64,000 nt of DNA from Vulcanimicrobiota bacterium (GCA_963795855.1 CAWCIZ010000001.1:1-64000), one strand, 5' to 3'. Shown: positions 32,496 through 43,300, counted from the first letter of the stretch. Notes: generated from the letters alone by a model not told the origin. Translations and numbers: made by a program.

Positions 32496-34040
32496 TTGAA
32501 ACGTATCCTCGTGGCCGCGTCATTCGTCGCGGCATTCTGCGGTGCACTCGCGCTTTCTGCCGCGCCGGCGCACGCCGGCATCTTCGGCGGCGCCGCCAAG
32601 CCGACGCCCAAAGCGAGCGCGTCGCCGACGCCGCTGCCCATGCCTACCGCCACGCCCGAGCCGCCGAACATCGCCATACCGCGGCTGGAGCAGCGCCTGC
32701 GAACCAATCCAAACGATCGCGAAGCGATGGCCGACCTTGCGACGGAATTCCTCGGAATCAACCAACCGCAAGCGGCGCTTACACTCACGCAGCGTTTGCT
32801 CCAACTCGGTACGAAGACCGGACAGACGCTCTTCTTGGACGGTTCCGCCCAAGAAGCGGTCGGAAATTTGCAAGCGGCGCTCGCCGATTTCGAGCAAGCG
32901 TCGAATCTCGAGCCCACGAATCTCGCGGTCTTGGGCGCGCTCGCAAACTTGTACGTCAAAGCGAATCGTCCCGCGGACGCAGAGCGCGTTGCGCTGCGCG
33001 GCGTGACGTTCAATAAAGATCAGCCCCGCGCGTACGTAACGCTCGGCATCGTGTACGCTTCGGAGCAGAAATGGGACGACGCGCGAAAGCAATTCGAAAC
33101 CGCGTACGGCCTTGACGCCAAAGACGTCACGCCGCTCATGCAAGAAGCGCAGACGTGGGTGATGCAAAATACGATTCCGAACGCGCTCGCAGTCGTCGAT
33201 CGCGCGATTGCGGCGGATCCGAAGAACGTCCAGGTGCTCGTCTACCGCGCGGATCTCTACGCGAAGCAGAACGACATACCGAAGTCGGCTTCCGCCTATG
33301 ACGACGCGACCGCCGCGGCGACGACGGATGCGGAAAAAGCGTCCGTCATGGTTCGAAAAGCGCTCATGTTTGCATCAGCGCATCGGCAGTCGGACGCGCA
33401 AGCGACGTTCAATGCGGCCATCAAGCAATACCCGGCGATCGGGTCGCTGCACACGGCCTACGGGGAGTATTTCCTCAGCCAGCGCGATCAGCGCCGTGCC
33501 GAACAAGAACTGACGACCGCCCTGCGCGTCGACAGGACCGATGTGAACGCGATCGTCGACCTCGCGCAAATCAAGGAATCGCAAGGGCGTATGACCGACG
33601 CCATCGGCTACTTGAAGCAGCTCACGAACGTCGCGCCCAGCGCGCAGTCGTTTGCTCTGCTCGGCCAGGCGTACGTCTCGACGCACGACTACAAGAACGC
33701 GAAAGACGCGTGCTCGAAGTCGTTCCAAATCGATCGCACGCCGGATACGCTGGGTTGCATCGCCGGCTCGGATTACAGTTTGAAGAACTACAAGGAAGCC
33801 GCGCAGATCTTCGACGTCCTCGACAAGGACATCAAACCGTACATGGACCGCAACCCTCAGCTGCTGTACATGGCCGGCGTGTCGTACTCGCAGACCAATC
33901 AAAAGCCGAAAGCGGTCGGCGCGTACAAGCGTCTGTTGAAGATGCTCAAACCCGGAAGCAAAGAGTACAAGCAGATTCAAACGCAGATCGCCGGTCTCTC
34001 GAAATCCTCGCCGGCGCCCAAGAAGGGCAAACACGCCTAA
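32496..34040 (+). CDS. secreted tetratricopeptide repeat protein
   Basis: Signal peptide, P/T linker, repeated TPR helices. Confidence 0.88.
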   Translation: MKRILVAASFVAAFCGALALSAAPAHAGIFGGAAKPTPKASASPTPLPMPTATPEPPNIAIPRLEQRLRTNPNDREAMADLATEFLGINQPQAALTLTQRLLQLGTKTGQTLFLDGSAQEAVGNLQAALADFEQASNLEPTNLAVLGALANLYVKANRPADAERVALRGVTFNKDQPRAYVTLGIVYASEQKWDDARKQFETAYGLDAKDVTPLMQEAQTWVMQNTIPNALAVVDRAIAADPKNVQVLVYRADLYAKQNDIPKSASAYDDATAAATTDAEKASVMVRKALMFASAHRQSDAQATFNAAIKQYPAIGSLHTAYGEYFLSQRDQRRAEQELTTALRVDRTDVNAIVDLAQIKESQGRMTDAIGYLKQLTNVAPSAQSFALLGQAYVSTHDYKNAKDACSKSFQIDRTPDTLGCIAGSDYSLKNYKEAAQIFDVLDKDIKPYMDRNPQLLYMAGVSYSQTNQKPKAVGAYKRLLKMLKPGSKEYKQIQTQIAGLSKSSPAPKKGKHA

Positions 34041-34066
34041 CGGGCTAGTGTGACTCTGGACACTAC

Positions 34067-35092
34067 ATGCTCGTCGTTTATGACGAACTCTACGGCGACC
34101 ACCTGCGCGGGATTCCCCATCCGGAGTCTCCCGATCGCGTCGAGGTGGTCGCCGCTGCTTTATCCCAAGGTGATGCAACCCGCGCACCCGTTCGGTTTTT
34201 GAAACCGCGCGATGCGAGCGACGAAGAGATCGAGCGCGTTCATTCGCCAGGCTACGTGGAAACGGTTCGCCGCGAAGTCGCTGCAATGCGCGGACACGCG
34301 GGCTATCTTTCCACCGGCGATACGGTGATTGACGAACATTCGCTGCAGGTAGCGCGCCGCGCCGCCGGGGGCGCAATCACTGCGGCGGAAACGGCATTCG
34401 ACGGCCGCGCAGCGGCGTTCGCACTGGTTCGGCCGCCCGGACATCATGCGGAAGCTGCAGGCGGCATGGGGTTCTGCGTGTTCAACAACGCCGCTATTGC
34501 GGCGCGCGCGCTTCAGTCGCGCAGCGGTGCGCGCGTCCTGGTGGTCGACTTCGACTACCATCACGGAAACGGCACGCAAGCGGTAAGCGGTAACGGCCTT
34601 TCGTACGTGTCGACGCACGCGTACCCGGCGTATCCCGGAACGGGCGGTTTCGGCGAAAATTACGCGCTGACGAATGCCGACGCGATCGTGAACGTTCCGC
34701 TGCCGCCGCATAACTTGGGAACCGAGGCGTTCGTCGCGCTGTGGGACGTGCTGCTCCCACGCGTTGCGGCGCACGTGCGTCCGGATATGCTGATCGTGAG
34801 CGCCGGATTCGATTACGTCGCGGGCGATCCGGTGGGTGACTTGGGCGTCGCCGTGACGGCTGCCGCGCATCTGGCTGCGGGCATCGAGCGCGTGGCTCGC
34901 ACGTATTGCGGCGGGCGGGTAGCGTACGTCTTGGAGGGCGGATACGATACGCGCGCGCTCGCGGCATCGGTGGCGCACGTCATCGATGCGCACGATGCGA
35001 AACCGGCTCGAGAGTCGAATGCGGATGCCGCCGCGATTCCGGAGCGACAGCGCGCGCTCGTCGATTCGCTAAAAACGCTGTTGCAGCGCTAA
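34067..35092 (+). CDS. histone deacetylase family protein
   Basis: [41 protein letters not shown]. Confidence 0.95.
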   Translation: MLVVYDELYGDHLRGIPHPESPDRVEVVAAALSQGDATRAPVRFLKPRDASDEEIERVHSPGYVETVRREVAAMRGHAGYLSTGDTVIDEHSLQVARRAAGGAITAAETAFDGRAAAFALVRPPGHHAEAAGGMGFCVFNNAAIAARALQSRSGARVLVVDFDYHHGNGTQAVSGNGLSYVSTHAYPAYPGTGGFGENYALTNADAIVNVPLPPHNLGTEAFVALWDVLLPRVAAHVRPDMLIVSAGFDYVAGDPVGDLGVAVTAAAHLAAGIERVARTYCGGRVAYVLEGGYDTRALAASVAHVIDAHDAKPARESNADAAAIPERQRALVDSLKTLLQR

Positions 35093-36126
35093 GCGACGGA
35101 AGAAGCGATCCGCACCAGTTCCGCCCGCGAGATTTCGCCGACGAGTGCGAAGCGATGCGTGCCGGACGCCCACGTGAGCAGCGTCGTCGGCCCATCCTCG
35201 ACGTATTGCGCGTTGCCGGCGCGAACTTTCGTTTGGTGCACCGTGTACTTGCTCAGGTCGACCGGTGCGCCACCGGCGTTCTCGAAGAGCGAAACGGTGC
35301 GCAGGCCGTCCGAATACAGCACGTGCAGCGTGCGGATGCCTTTGATGTCGCTCACGTCGCCGGCGACGGGCAGAAAACCGTCGGGCAGATACTTCGGGCC
35401 GACGGCGCGGAAGCCCGCGGTGCGAATAACGGCGGCGAGATCGTTCGACGGCGCGCCGTGGCTCGGGCCGTCCAGCCGCGTGTAGCCGGCGTTCGGGAGA
35501 TCGAAGAGCTGCGCCGGAATAGCATTGGTGTAACTGATCTGCTCGAAACGCATCTGATGCGCGACCGAGCCGCTCGCAGCGTATTTTTCTTTGAGCAGCA
35601 CGAGTTTGGTCTTCGCGTCCACCGCGATGCGCATCACGGTTTCACCCGTGAATTTGTTGACCAGGAGCACGTCGACCGCGCGCCGTCCGGCGACGTTGTC
35701 ATCCGAACCGATCACCGCGCGATAGTTATGCAGCAGCAAACCGAAGTTGTCGTCCATCGCGACCTGATCGTCCAGCGCGTCGTCGTGCGAGACGATGATG
35801 CGATGGGTATGCGTATCGAGGTCGTAGCTCATGTCGCCGCGGCTGATAATCGAGTCGCCGTACAGCGATTCGGGCGCCAGGTACCAGCGCCGCGTCTTAT
35901 CCGGAGCGCGGTGCTCGATGCGAAATAGCACGGCATCCGCCCGCTGCGTCCCGTAATCCGTATTCTGCACTTGGCCGACGTACGAGTATTTCGAATAGGC
36001 GAGAACGGCGTCGCGCAGAAGCTGCGTTCCGTCGCCGCGCTGCGCGTTAGCAAATCCGGTGAAGGGCACGCAAAATACGGCGCTCAGCGCGGCGGCGAGA
36101 ATCGCTGCGCGCTTAGGGATTTGCAT
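35089..36126 (-). CDS. MucB/RseB-like sigma-E regulatory protein
   Basis: Signal peptide, [21 protein letters not shown]; follows sigma and anti-sigma. Confidence 0.82.
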   Translation of the reverse strand: MQIPKRAAILAAALSAVFCVPFTGFANAQRGDGTQLLRDAVLAYSKYSYVGQVQNTDYGTQRADAVLFRIEHRAPDKTRRWYLAPESLYGDSIISRGDMSYDLDTHTHRIIVSHDDALDDQVAMDDNFGLLLHNYRAVIGSDDNVAGRRAVDVLLVNKFTGETVMRIAVDAKTKLVLLKEKYAASGSVAHQMRFEQISYTNAIPAQLFDLPNAGYTRLDGPSHGAPSNDLAAVIRTAGFRAVGPKYLPDGFLPVAGDVSDIKGIRTLHVLYSDGLRTVSLFENAGGAPVDLSKYTVHQTKVRAGNAQYVEDGPTTLLTWASGTHRFALVGEISRAELVRIASSVA

Positions 36127-36643
36127 CCGCCGTGTACGAGGCGGCTTGGGCGTCCACGTTGACGGCAATTTGGTGCGTATCGACCGTTGCGGCATTTTCG
36201 AGGTCGACCGGATTGGCGGAAGTGTGATCGCTGAACGGCACGGTGCTGTTCATGTCGGCGTGATCTTGCAGGTAATACGATGCTTCGATCGCGGGGGCGC
36301 CGTGCGGTCCAAGATACGTCGTGCCGAAATACGCGGCGACGGCGATTGCCGCGGCAAGCGGCACCGCAACGGCCGGCCTTAGCCAGGAAAGGCCGCGCGT
36401 CCAAATGGCGGCTTTACCGGCGCGCACGCGCTGCCAAATTTCGGCTTTTACGGATGAGGGCAGGTCGCGTTCGTCCCGCGCGGCTTGCGCGCGCAGCATC
36501 TCGCCGAGCGCGATTTCCGCTTCATACTCCAGGCGGCACGGCTCGCAGCTTTCGATGTGCGTATACACCGAAGCATCGTCCGCCGGCGAAAGTTCGCCGT
36601 GAACGTAATCGAGAAGAATGTCGTTGGTCGGATGCTGCATCAT
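36113..36643 (-). CDS. zf-HC2 anti-sigma factor
   Basis: DYVHGEL...HIESCEPC plus one TM segment. Confidence 0.88.
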   Translation of the reverse strand: MMQHPTNDILLDYVHGELSPADDASVYTHIESCEPCRLEYEAEIALGEMLRAQAARDERDLPSSVKAEIWQRVRAGKAAIWTRGLSWLRPAVAVPLAAAIAVAAYFGTTYLGPHGAPAIEASYYLQDHADMNSTVPFSDHTSANPVDLENAATVDTHQIAVNVDAQAASYTADANP

Positions 36644-37209
36644 GATTGTTTCTGTTGTTGTCTCTGTACTAAACGGCGTAGCAACGCTCGCGCACGGTGG
36701 AGTCTGGATCGAACCGTACCTATCGAGCAGCCCATGATTTCCGCAATTTCCTGGTAGCTGTACTCCTCGATATCCGCCAAGACGACTACTTGGCGCTGGT
36801 CCGGTGAAAGCTGCTCCAGCGAACGCGCGAGCGGTTCGCTCAGCTGGCCTTCAACGTAATCCTCGATGGGGCTGACGGCCAAAGGCCGCTCGCCTCCGAA
36901 CGCCTGCGGGGCGTTATCGTCGGGGATCTCCTCCTGGTAACGTCCTTTCTTGCGCCGAAGTTCATCCCGGTACAGATTCGTTACTATTCGATAGATCCAG
37001 GATAGGAACGAGGTCCCGGGCTTAAAGCTGCGCCAGGCGCGGTAAACGCGGATGAACGCTTCCTGGGTGAGGTCCCGAGCGTCGGCTTCGTTGTGCGTGA
37101 GGCGGAACGCGAAGTTATAGGTTGCCTTGCCGTACTCTTCGATCGCCCCTTCGAGAAACGCAGCCTGCTGCGGCGAAGGCGGCTCCACGGGCTTGCGCGG
37201 TACTCCCAT
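36640..37209 (-). CDS. ECF RNA polymerase sigma-70 factor
   Basis: ARDLTQEAFIR, SWIYRIVTN, YQEIAEIMGCSIGTVRSRLHRAR. Confidence 0.95.
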   Translation of the reverse strand: MGVPRKPVEPPSPQQAAFLEGAIEEYGKATYNFAFRLTHNEADARDLTQEAFIRVYRAWRSFKPGTSFLSWIYRIVTNLYRDELRRKKGRYQEEIPDDNAPQAFGGERPLAVSPIEDYVEGQLSEPLARSLEQLSPDQRQVVVLADIEEYSYQEIAEIMGCSIGTVRSRLHRARALLRRLVQRQQQKQS

Positions 37210-37329
37210 CCAACCTCGGATTTTCCCGTACCGGGGTCAGAATGCCCGCCATTCGATGCCCCGAGGGGTCCCGGCGCAGGGGCTGGTATGCCGTCGCGTG
37301 GGCGAGGCGTACCTCGCTACCATAGGGAT

Positions 37330-38247
37330 ATGGCAACGGCCGTTATGGCGTCGGACACCGGTGGCCGCAGTCCACTCGTACCGCCGTGCGTGCATCTCGG
37401 TTTTCGGCTGGGCGAAACCGTGCTCGACTTCGAGGTTGCCGATGATGCGGCGCAGCGGCTCGTCGCGGACGCGTACGCCCCGTTGCTTTGCCCGGCTTCG
37501 GGAGCGCGCGCCCGGGCGTCGCTGCGCCGGCTTTCCGACGGACGGACCCACGTGCGTTACGGGCGCCACGTGCTCTCTCCCGCACATGCCGCCGACCCGG
37601 TCCCGCTGCGCTCCGCGTACTACGCTGCGCGCGAGATCTTTGCCCGGTTCGCATGCGAACAGCCCGAAACGATCGCAGTGTACGGCGCGCTTTGCGCGAT
37701 CGGGCACGGCGCCGTGCTCGTTCTCGGACCGACGACGATCGGCAAAACGCTTCTAACGCTGCAACTGGCACACGACGGCGCGCGCTTTTTGGGCGACGAA
37801 ACGGCGCTCCTGAGCTATGCGAGCGGCGAGGTTCGCGCTTTGCCGCGGCGTCCCAGCCTTCGTGAAAGCGCCCTGCCGCTGCTCCCGCACGCGCGGATGC
37901 GCGGCGCGATTCTCCGGTCTCAAAGCTATTTCCAAACGGATCGCGGCCGGTTCTGGTACGCGCTCGATTCGGGTGCGCTGGGCGGTGTGGAGCCCAGCGA
38001 ACGGTTACACTATCTTCGCGCGGTTTGCATCCTGCGCGATCGTTCCGAAACTGCCGCCGTCCGGCGCATCGATGCGGCGGAGGGCGTGAAATCGCTCGCG
38101 CAGCGCGCCTACATGCGTCCGGCGAGTTTGGCGCAACTTGCGGTGCTGCGCCGCGGCACGAAGCGGGCGGCGTTTTTCGACGTTACGCTCGGCACGCCGG
38201 CCGAAACCAGCGAACTGCTGCTGCAAAAGGTGCGCGCATGCGAGTGA
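37330..38247 (+). CDS. HPr-kinase-like P-loop protein
   Basis: AVLVLGPTTIGKT, FLGDE, ALPRRPSL. Confidence 0.7.
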   Translation: MATAVMASDTGGRSPLVPPCVHLGFRLGETVLDFEVADDAAQRLVADAYAPLLCPASGARARASLRRLSDGRTHVRYGRHVLSPAHAADPVPLRSAYYAAREIFARFACEQPETIAVYGALCAIGHGAVLVLGPTTIGKTLLTLQLAHDGARFLGDETALLSYASGEVRALPRRPSLRESALPLLPHARMRGAILRSQSYFQTDRGRFWYALDSGALGGVEPSERLHYLRAVCILRDRSETAAVRRIDAAEGVKSLAQRAYMRPASLAQLAVLRRGTKRAAFFDVTLGTPAETSELLLQKVRACE

Positions 38248-39146
38248 TACGCGCCGAGCAGCTCACGCGATCCGGCGCCAGTTCGAACGCGGCGCTCGAA
38301 CAGCACTGCACGTTCACCGCGAATTGCGAGATCGCCGGCGTGACGATGCAACTCTGCACCGACGTTCCGGAGGTCGCGCGCCTGTTCGGTTTGCGCTACG
38401 CCGATCATCCGGCATCGAAACACCCGGATTTCCGCTATTACGTTGCGACGGTGCGCGGCGGATACGCGTTCTGGTGCGCGCATGCTGCCACGTGGCGCTG
38501 GACTCAAGGGCCGCTGCCCTCCGACGCCGTCGCGTTTCTGGCGGACTGCGTTGCGCTCGCCGCGATCGTGCGCTTCGATCCGGCGCTCGTGAGCATGCAG
38601 GCGGCGTGCCTGGAATTAAACGATATCGCAGCCGGACTGGCCGGTCACTCCCCAACCGGCAAAACGACCACGCTGCTCGCATGCGCTCGCCGCGGCATGC
38701 GGATCTATTCCGACGAGCGCACCGTTCTGCGTAACGCCGTCGCACATCCGTATCTGCGCCGCAATAGCGTGCGCGCGGCCGGCGCGCGCCTGCTGCTTAC
38801 CGAGCCAGACGTCGTCGATCGCCGATTCGACATGCTGCATACGGAGCCGCAGCTTTCGCTCAAGACCTGCTTCGGCGCGGAATGTATAGCGGCACCGCGG
38901 CCGCTGCGCGTGCTGTTCGTCATCGCGGGAAGCGGATATTGCGCCGCGCTGGAAGCAATCGATACGGCCACTGCGATGCCGTCGATCATGCGCTGGTTCG
39001 ACGCGCACGGCGACATGGTTGACCGGGCAACGCGTGCGATTTCTATTTTGAACGGCGTGCAGTGTTACCGGCTTACGCTCGGGACGCCGGACGAAAGCGC
39101 GGCGGCGATGGCGTATGCGATGATGCGGATATCGCAGCGGCCATGA
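38238..39146 (+). CDS. second HPr-kinase-like P-loop protein
   Basis: GHSPTGKTT, IYSDE, PLRVLFVI, CYRLTLGTPDE. Confidence 0.7.
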   Translation: MRVIRAEQLTRSGASSNAALEQHCTFTANCEIAGVTMQLCTDVPEVARLFGLRYADHPASKHPDFRYYVATVRGGYAFWCAHAATWRWTQGPLPSDAVAFLADCVALAAIVRFDPALVSMQAACLELNDIAAGLAGHSPTGKTTTLLACARRGMRIYSDERTVLRNAVAHPYLRRNSVRAAGARLLLTEPDVVDRRFDMLHTEPQLSLKTCFGAECIAAPRPLRVLFVIAGSGYCAALEAIDTATAMPSIMRWFDAHGDMVDRATRAISILNGVQCYRLTLGTPDESAAAMAYAMMRISQRP

Positions 39147-39445
39147 AGCGAACCGCGGGCGCATTCCTGTGCGCGCTTGCATGCGACGCCGTCCTGCTCG
39201 CGGCGGTTTTTCCGCTCGCGCGCTATAGTTTAGCTGCGGCGCATGCCAGTCAGCCGAATCCCGCGCTGATCGCGACGCTGCTTTGTGCGAATCTCGTGCT
39301 CTTGTTGCTGTGCTTGTGCGCGTGCGGCGCGTGGATTTACGCGTTCTTCCAGAGCTTGCGCGCCACCCACGCGAGGGTCGTGAACGAAGCGACGGCGATC
39401 AGCAGAAATACGGTCGTTTCCAGAAGGACGACGCCCGCAAACTGA
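39143..39445 (+). CDS. small hydrophobic protein
   Basis: ATGA-coupled to the kinase-like gene, two hydrophobic segments; overlaps the 3' end of the SCO gene. Confidence 0.4.
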   Translation: MKRTAGAFLCALACDAVLLAAVFPLARYSLAAAHASQPNPALIATLLCANLVLLLLCLCACGAWIYAFFQSLRATHARVVNEATAISRNTVVSRRTTPAN

Positions 39446-40287
39446 CTGCCGCCGCAAAGTGCGACGGCGCCTGCGACAAGCGCGAGTTGAAGCCGCCCGA
39501 AGGGGTTGGACGCCATTCCCGCCATGTGCCGTGCCTGCGCGACCAACGCGCCCGGTGCAAAACTCACCGTCTGGACGATCTGCGCGACCTTTCCGTTTTG
39601 CGCGATGACGAATACTTTGTCGTTGTGGATGAAGTTCGCGTCGCTCACGCGCAGCGACGAGATGCCGAAACGATCGAGCAGCCGCGCGATCTCGTGCGGT
39701 TGGCCGGTGAGGATGGACCACGATTTCGCGTCGGCGCCGTATAGGCGTGCGTAATCGTTCAGCACGCGCGGCGAGTCGTAGACCGGATCGAGCGTAATTT
39801 CCAAGAGATGAAAGCGCGAAGCGTCCAGATGCTGCTGCATGTACGCGAATTTGGCGCTCACGGCGGGACATTCGTCTTTGTCGGGGCAGCGCGTGAAAAC
39901 GAAACTGATGAGCGCCACTTTACCATTGAAGTCCGAGGCGAGATCCACGAGCCGCCCATTCTGATCGACCAGTTTGGTGTGCGGCAGTGCAGAACCTAAG
40001 TCGATTGGAAAACCGCCGCCCGCATCGGGCAATCCGGGCACGAATTTTGCGGCGACGCCGGCGTCGAACAGCCGCCATGGCCGGGCCGAGGTATCGAGAA
40101 ATGCGTCGATGCCCGTTCCGCTCGGAAGCCGCATCGCCGGCGAAATCGTAAAGGGGCGCGTCTGAGCTGGAACCATTCGGGTAACGGCATCCGTGCGTAC
40201 GATCGTCGTGCGATCCGCGCCGGGGCCGAGCACCACGCCGTGAACCGGCACGAGCAGTGCGAGCAGCGAAAAAACCAGATGCAGCAT
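39337..40287 (-). CDS. SCO family protein with N-terminal extra domain and C-terminal TM
   Basis: LVDQNG, FVFTRCPDKDECP, ITLDP.YDSP, FIHN. Confidence 0.88.
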   Translation of the reverse strand: MLHLVFSLLALLVPVHGVVLGPGADRTTIVRTDAVTRMVPAQTRPFTISPAMRLPSGTGIDAFLDTSARPWRLFDAGVAAKFVPGLPDAGGGFPIDLGSALPHTKLVDQNGRLVDLASDFNGKVALISFVFTRCPDKDECPAVSAKFAYMQQHLDASRFHLLEITLDPVYDSPRVLNDYARLYGADAKSWSILTGQPHEIARLLDRFGISSLRVSDANFIHNDKVFVIAQNGKVAQIVQTVSFAPGALVAQARHMAGMASNPFGRLQLALVAGAVALCGGSQFAGVVLLETTVFLLIAVASFTTLAWVARKLWKNA

Positions 40288-40294
40288 CCCGGAC

Positions 40295-40852
40295 TTAGTC
40301 TACGACGGTGCGAAGATCCGCCGCAACGTCTTTGAGCGAACTCTCCGGAACGAGCGTTTCGACCATGCGGCCATCGCGATCGATGATGAAGATGGTGTCC
40401 GTGTGCGCGATGTCGTTGCGTTGCGGCTCGACGCCGACCCCATAGGCGTTGTAGACCCGCTTCAAAGCGACCTGGGAACCGGTTAATCCGGTCGCTTGCA
40501 CGCCGACGCGCTGAAAGAATCGGCGCAACGCGGCGGGGGTATCGCGCTTGGCATCGACCGTTATCATCACGATACGAACCAGAGCCGGCGTAAGTCCGGC
40601 TTGCGCTCTGGCTTTACCTAACAATGCGAGCGTTTGCGGGCAGACGTCTTTGCAGTGCGTGAAGCCGAAATACAGCGCGACCGCCCGGCCGCGCGTTTGC
40701 GCGAGTGAGAACGGTTTGCCGGCCTGATCGATCAGCGTGAATGCAGGCGCAGTGCGCGCGGGTGCGAGCTGCATGCCGTGCAGCGGCGCGGACTTCGCGC
40801 ATGCGGCCAACACGACGAGCGCCGCAATTGCCGCGCGAACTCGCGAGCTCAT
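40295..40852 (-). CDS. SCO family lipoprotein
   Basis: LAAC lipobox, FGFTHCKDVCP, DIAHT. Confidence 0.92.
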   Translation of the reverse strand: MSSRVRAAIAALVVLAACAKSAPLHGMQLAPARTAPAFTLIDQAGKPFSLAQTRGRAVALYFGFTHCKDVCPQTLALLGKARAQAGLTPALVRIVMITVDAKRDTPAALRRFFQRVGVQATGLTGSQVALKRVYNAYGVGVEPQRNDIAHTDTIFIIDRDGRMVETLVPESSLKDVAADLRTVVD

Positions 40853-40974
40853 AGCATCCTCCGAAAGCGGCCAGTTAGGCTGGCCTAATTTGCCGCTTCA
40901 GAATACCAAACTGCCGACGACGGGCGTACGCCACAAGTCGGGGGGAATGTTCCGCGAAAGCAGTAGATAGGCGC

Positions 40975-41415
40975 ATGGCAGCGCTGACGCTTATCGTCCG
41001 AGTGCTTCTCGGCGCCCTATTGGTTGTAGCCGGGGGCTTGAAGGTCGGGCACTTCGACGATTTGGCAGCCGCCATTGCGGGCTTTCGAATCCTGCCCGAG
41101 GCGACCATCGGCCCGCTTGCCGTGGTACTGCCGTTTTTCGAAATCGGCCTCGGCGCTTATTTGATTCTGGGTCTTTTTACGCGCGTTGCGGCCATTATCG
41201 CCGCCGTGCAATTCACGATCTACAGCGCGGCAATAGCCTCTGCGGTGATACGGAACATCCCGGCGAATTGCGGATGCTTCGGACCGGGGGATTCGGCGAA
41301 GGCGGACTGGCCGCACGTATTCGTCGATCTTGCGCTCGCCGTTATCTGTGCGTTGCTTGCGTTTAGCGCGCCGGGTCTTTTCGCACTCGACAATCGCATC
41401 AGGAGCACTTCATGA
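40975..41415 (+). CDS. MauE/DoxX family membrane protein
   Basis: 4 TM segments, NCGCFG. Confidence 0.88.
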   Translation: MAALTLIVRVLLGALLVVAGGLKVGHFDDLAAAIAGFRILPEATIGPLAVVLPFFEIGLGAYLILGLFTRVAAIIAAVQFTIYSAAIASAVIRNIPANCGCFGPGDSAKADWPHVFVDLALAVICALLAFSAPGLFALDNRIRSTS

Positions 41416-41981
41416 AGAATTCCCGACTGCTGCTTTGGACCACGATCGTCATCATCATCGTGGGCGTCCTCGTCGCGATTCGCTACGCGAACAAAGGCGG
41501 CGTGAAGAGAAGTTCGACGCAAGCGCCCGTCCTTGGGACCGCTCGACTAAACCAAAAAGCGCCCGAATTTCAAACGGCGACCACGCAAGGCGTCTTCAAT
41601 CTCGCGGACGTGCACGAACCGGTATTCTTGGAAATTTTCGCTACGTGGTGCCCGCACTGCCAGCGTGAGACGGCCGTCATCGACCAACTCTATGCGAAAT
41701 ACAAAGGAAAGGTTCGTTTTATCGCCGTGACCGGAAGCCACGTTGGGATGGATCACAATTCACCGGAGAGCGAACGAGATACGATTAATTTCGTGCAGCT
41801 TTTTCACGTGCAGTACCCGGTCGCATTCGACGGCTCGCTCGAGATCGCGAAGAAGTATCTGCAGAGCGGCTACCCGACGCTCGTGGTAATCAATCGCAAG
41901 AAGATCATCACGTATCTTACGAGCGGCGAAACGCGCTTCCCCGAACTAGACGCCGCCGTAAAGCACGCGCTGTCTTCCTAA
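41412..41981 (+). CDS. TlpA-like thiol-disulfide reductase
   Basis: N-terminal TM, FATWCPHC, GYPT. Confidence 0.9.
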   Translation: MKNSRLLLWTTIVIIIVGVLVAIRYANKGGVKRSSTQAPVLGTARLNQKAPEFQTATTQGVFNLADVHEPVFLEIFATWCPHCQRETAVIDQLYAKYKGKVRFIAVTGSHVGMDHNSPESERDTINFVQLFHVQYPVAFDGSLEIAKKYLQSGYPTLVVINRKKIITYLTSGETRFPELDAAVKHALSS

Positions 41982-42529
41982 GAACTTTCCCAGTCCGCGC
42001 GTTTGCGGTACAAGACGTGCGGCTTGATCGGTGAATCGTCCGGAACGCGCGGATGCGCGAAGTCGGCAGCCGAGTCCCGCTGCATGCCAAGACGTTCCAT
42101 GACGCGCCGGGAGCGCACGTTGATCGCGGCGGTCATTGCGACGACCTCGGGCCAGCGCAGTTCGTCGAACGCATACCGAAGCAATGCGCCTGCGCCCTCG
42201 GTCGCGTATCCGCGGTGCCACGCCGCAACCGGCAGACGCCAACCGATTTCGCGAAGCGGCCGGAACGGCAAGTCGTACCGGATGTCATCCAGCGCCAGAA
42301 CGCCGGCGAAGCCCGGCGCATCTTTGCGCTCCATGACGAACCATCCGTAGCCGTTGCGTTCCAAGTCTTCGCGCATGCGTGCCGCCGCCTCGCGAGAATG
42401 CTCTCGCCGGGCCGGCGCGGGAAAGAATTCCATGACGCGCGGATCTTCATTCATATCCGCCCACGCCTCCACGTCCGACGGCAACCACTGCCGCAAACGC
42501 AGCCGCGCCGTTTCGATCGTTCGCACCAC
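41978..42529 (-). CDS. GNAT N-acetyltransferase (RimJ/RimL type)
   Basis: IETARLRLR, EIGWRL..WHRGYATEGA, N.RSRRVMERLGM. Confidence 0.92.
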   Translation of the reverse strand: MVRTIETARLRLRQWLPSDVEAWADMNEDPRVMEFFPAPARREHSREAAARMREDLERNGYGWFVMERKDAPGFAGVLALDDIRYDLPFRPLREIGWRLPVAAWHRGYATEGAGALLRYAFDELRWPEVVAMTAAINVRSRRVMERLGMQRDSAADFAHPRVPDDSPIKPHVLYRKRADWESS

Positions 42530-42537
42530 GTTCGGCG

Positions 42538-43300
42538 TCAGTCGCCGACGGGCAGCACGTAATTCGGCGGTGGAACGACCGGTTGTCCGACTTCGAGCGT
42601 GATGATTTGATGCGAGCGCAGCGGAATCTCGCGCAAATCGCCGTCGTACGGGCGCCCGTTGACGAACGCCGTGACGGTGCCGGCGAACGGCACCGACGCG
42701 ATCGCGGCTCAGTTGCTCGCCCCAGATGTCGAAAAACATTCCGAGCGTAAACGGGCCGCCTTGCGGAGCCGTCACGCTGCCCGACTCGACGTGAATGACG
42801 CCGCTCGGATCGTGGGTGTGAATCCAGTACAGGCATCCGCCCTGCGCGTTCGGGCTCATGCCGATGAACGCGGGAACTTGCACTTGCGTGCCGTGGTCGA
42901 AAATTGCAAGATGCGAGTGAATGTGCAGCACGACGCCTTCACTGGTTTGACAAGGAATGCCATCGACGTCTTGTCCGCGCCCGCCTTGCGCCGTATCTTC
43001 CGGGTTGCCGTGCGCCAGATCCGATTTGGGGAATCCGATAGCTTTGCCTACAGCTTGCAGATTCGCCAGTTGGACCGGCTTGCTCGTCGGCGACGGTCCG
43101 GGGCTCGGCGTGCTGACCGCAAACGCGAACGCATCGGCGCGCGCCTTATTTTGAACGTAGTTCGTGATGCCGAAGATGATAAACACCAAAACGACGACGG
43201 CCGCAAGGCCGATATAGATCGGCACCATCGGGTCGCGTTTGGGCGGCGGCGCGTTTCCTCCGCGAGTGCTTCTGCGTCGTTCTGCGCGCGAGTGACTCAT
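42538..43300 (-). CDS. membrane-anchored HxH/HTHD-motif protein (paralog 1; frameshift near 42690 falsely fuses it to the GNAT in the ORF track)
   Basis: HIHSHL...CLYWIHTHDPSGVIHVE...FTLGMFFDIWG. Confidence 0.75.

Noticed and set aside
34067..35092. HDAC as the partner of the H3-tail-like repeat protein
   Set aside because: It is 30 kb away in a different context, and bacterial HDAC-family enzymes are common; there is no evidence of linkage
41978..43300. Apparent 440-aa fusion of the His-motif protein and a GNAT
   Set aside because: Artefact of an indel near 42690; the first gene ends NYVLPVGD* at 42538
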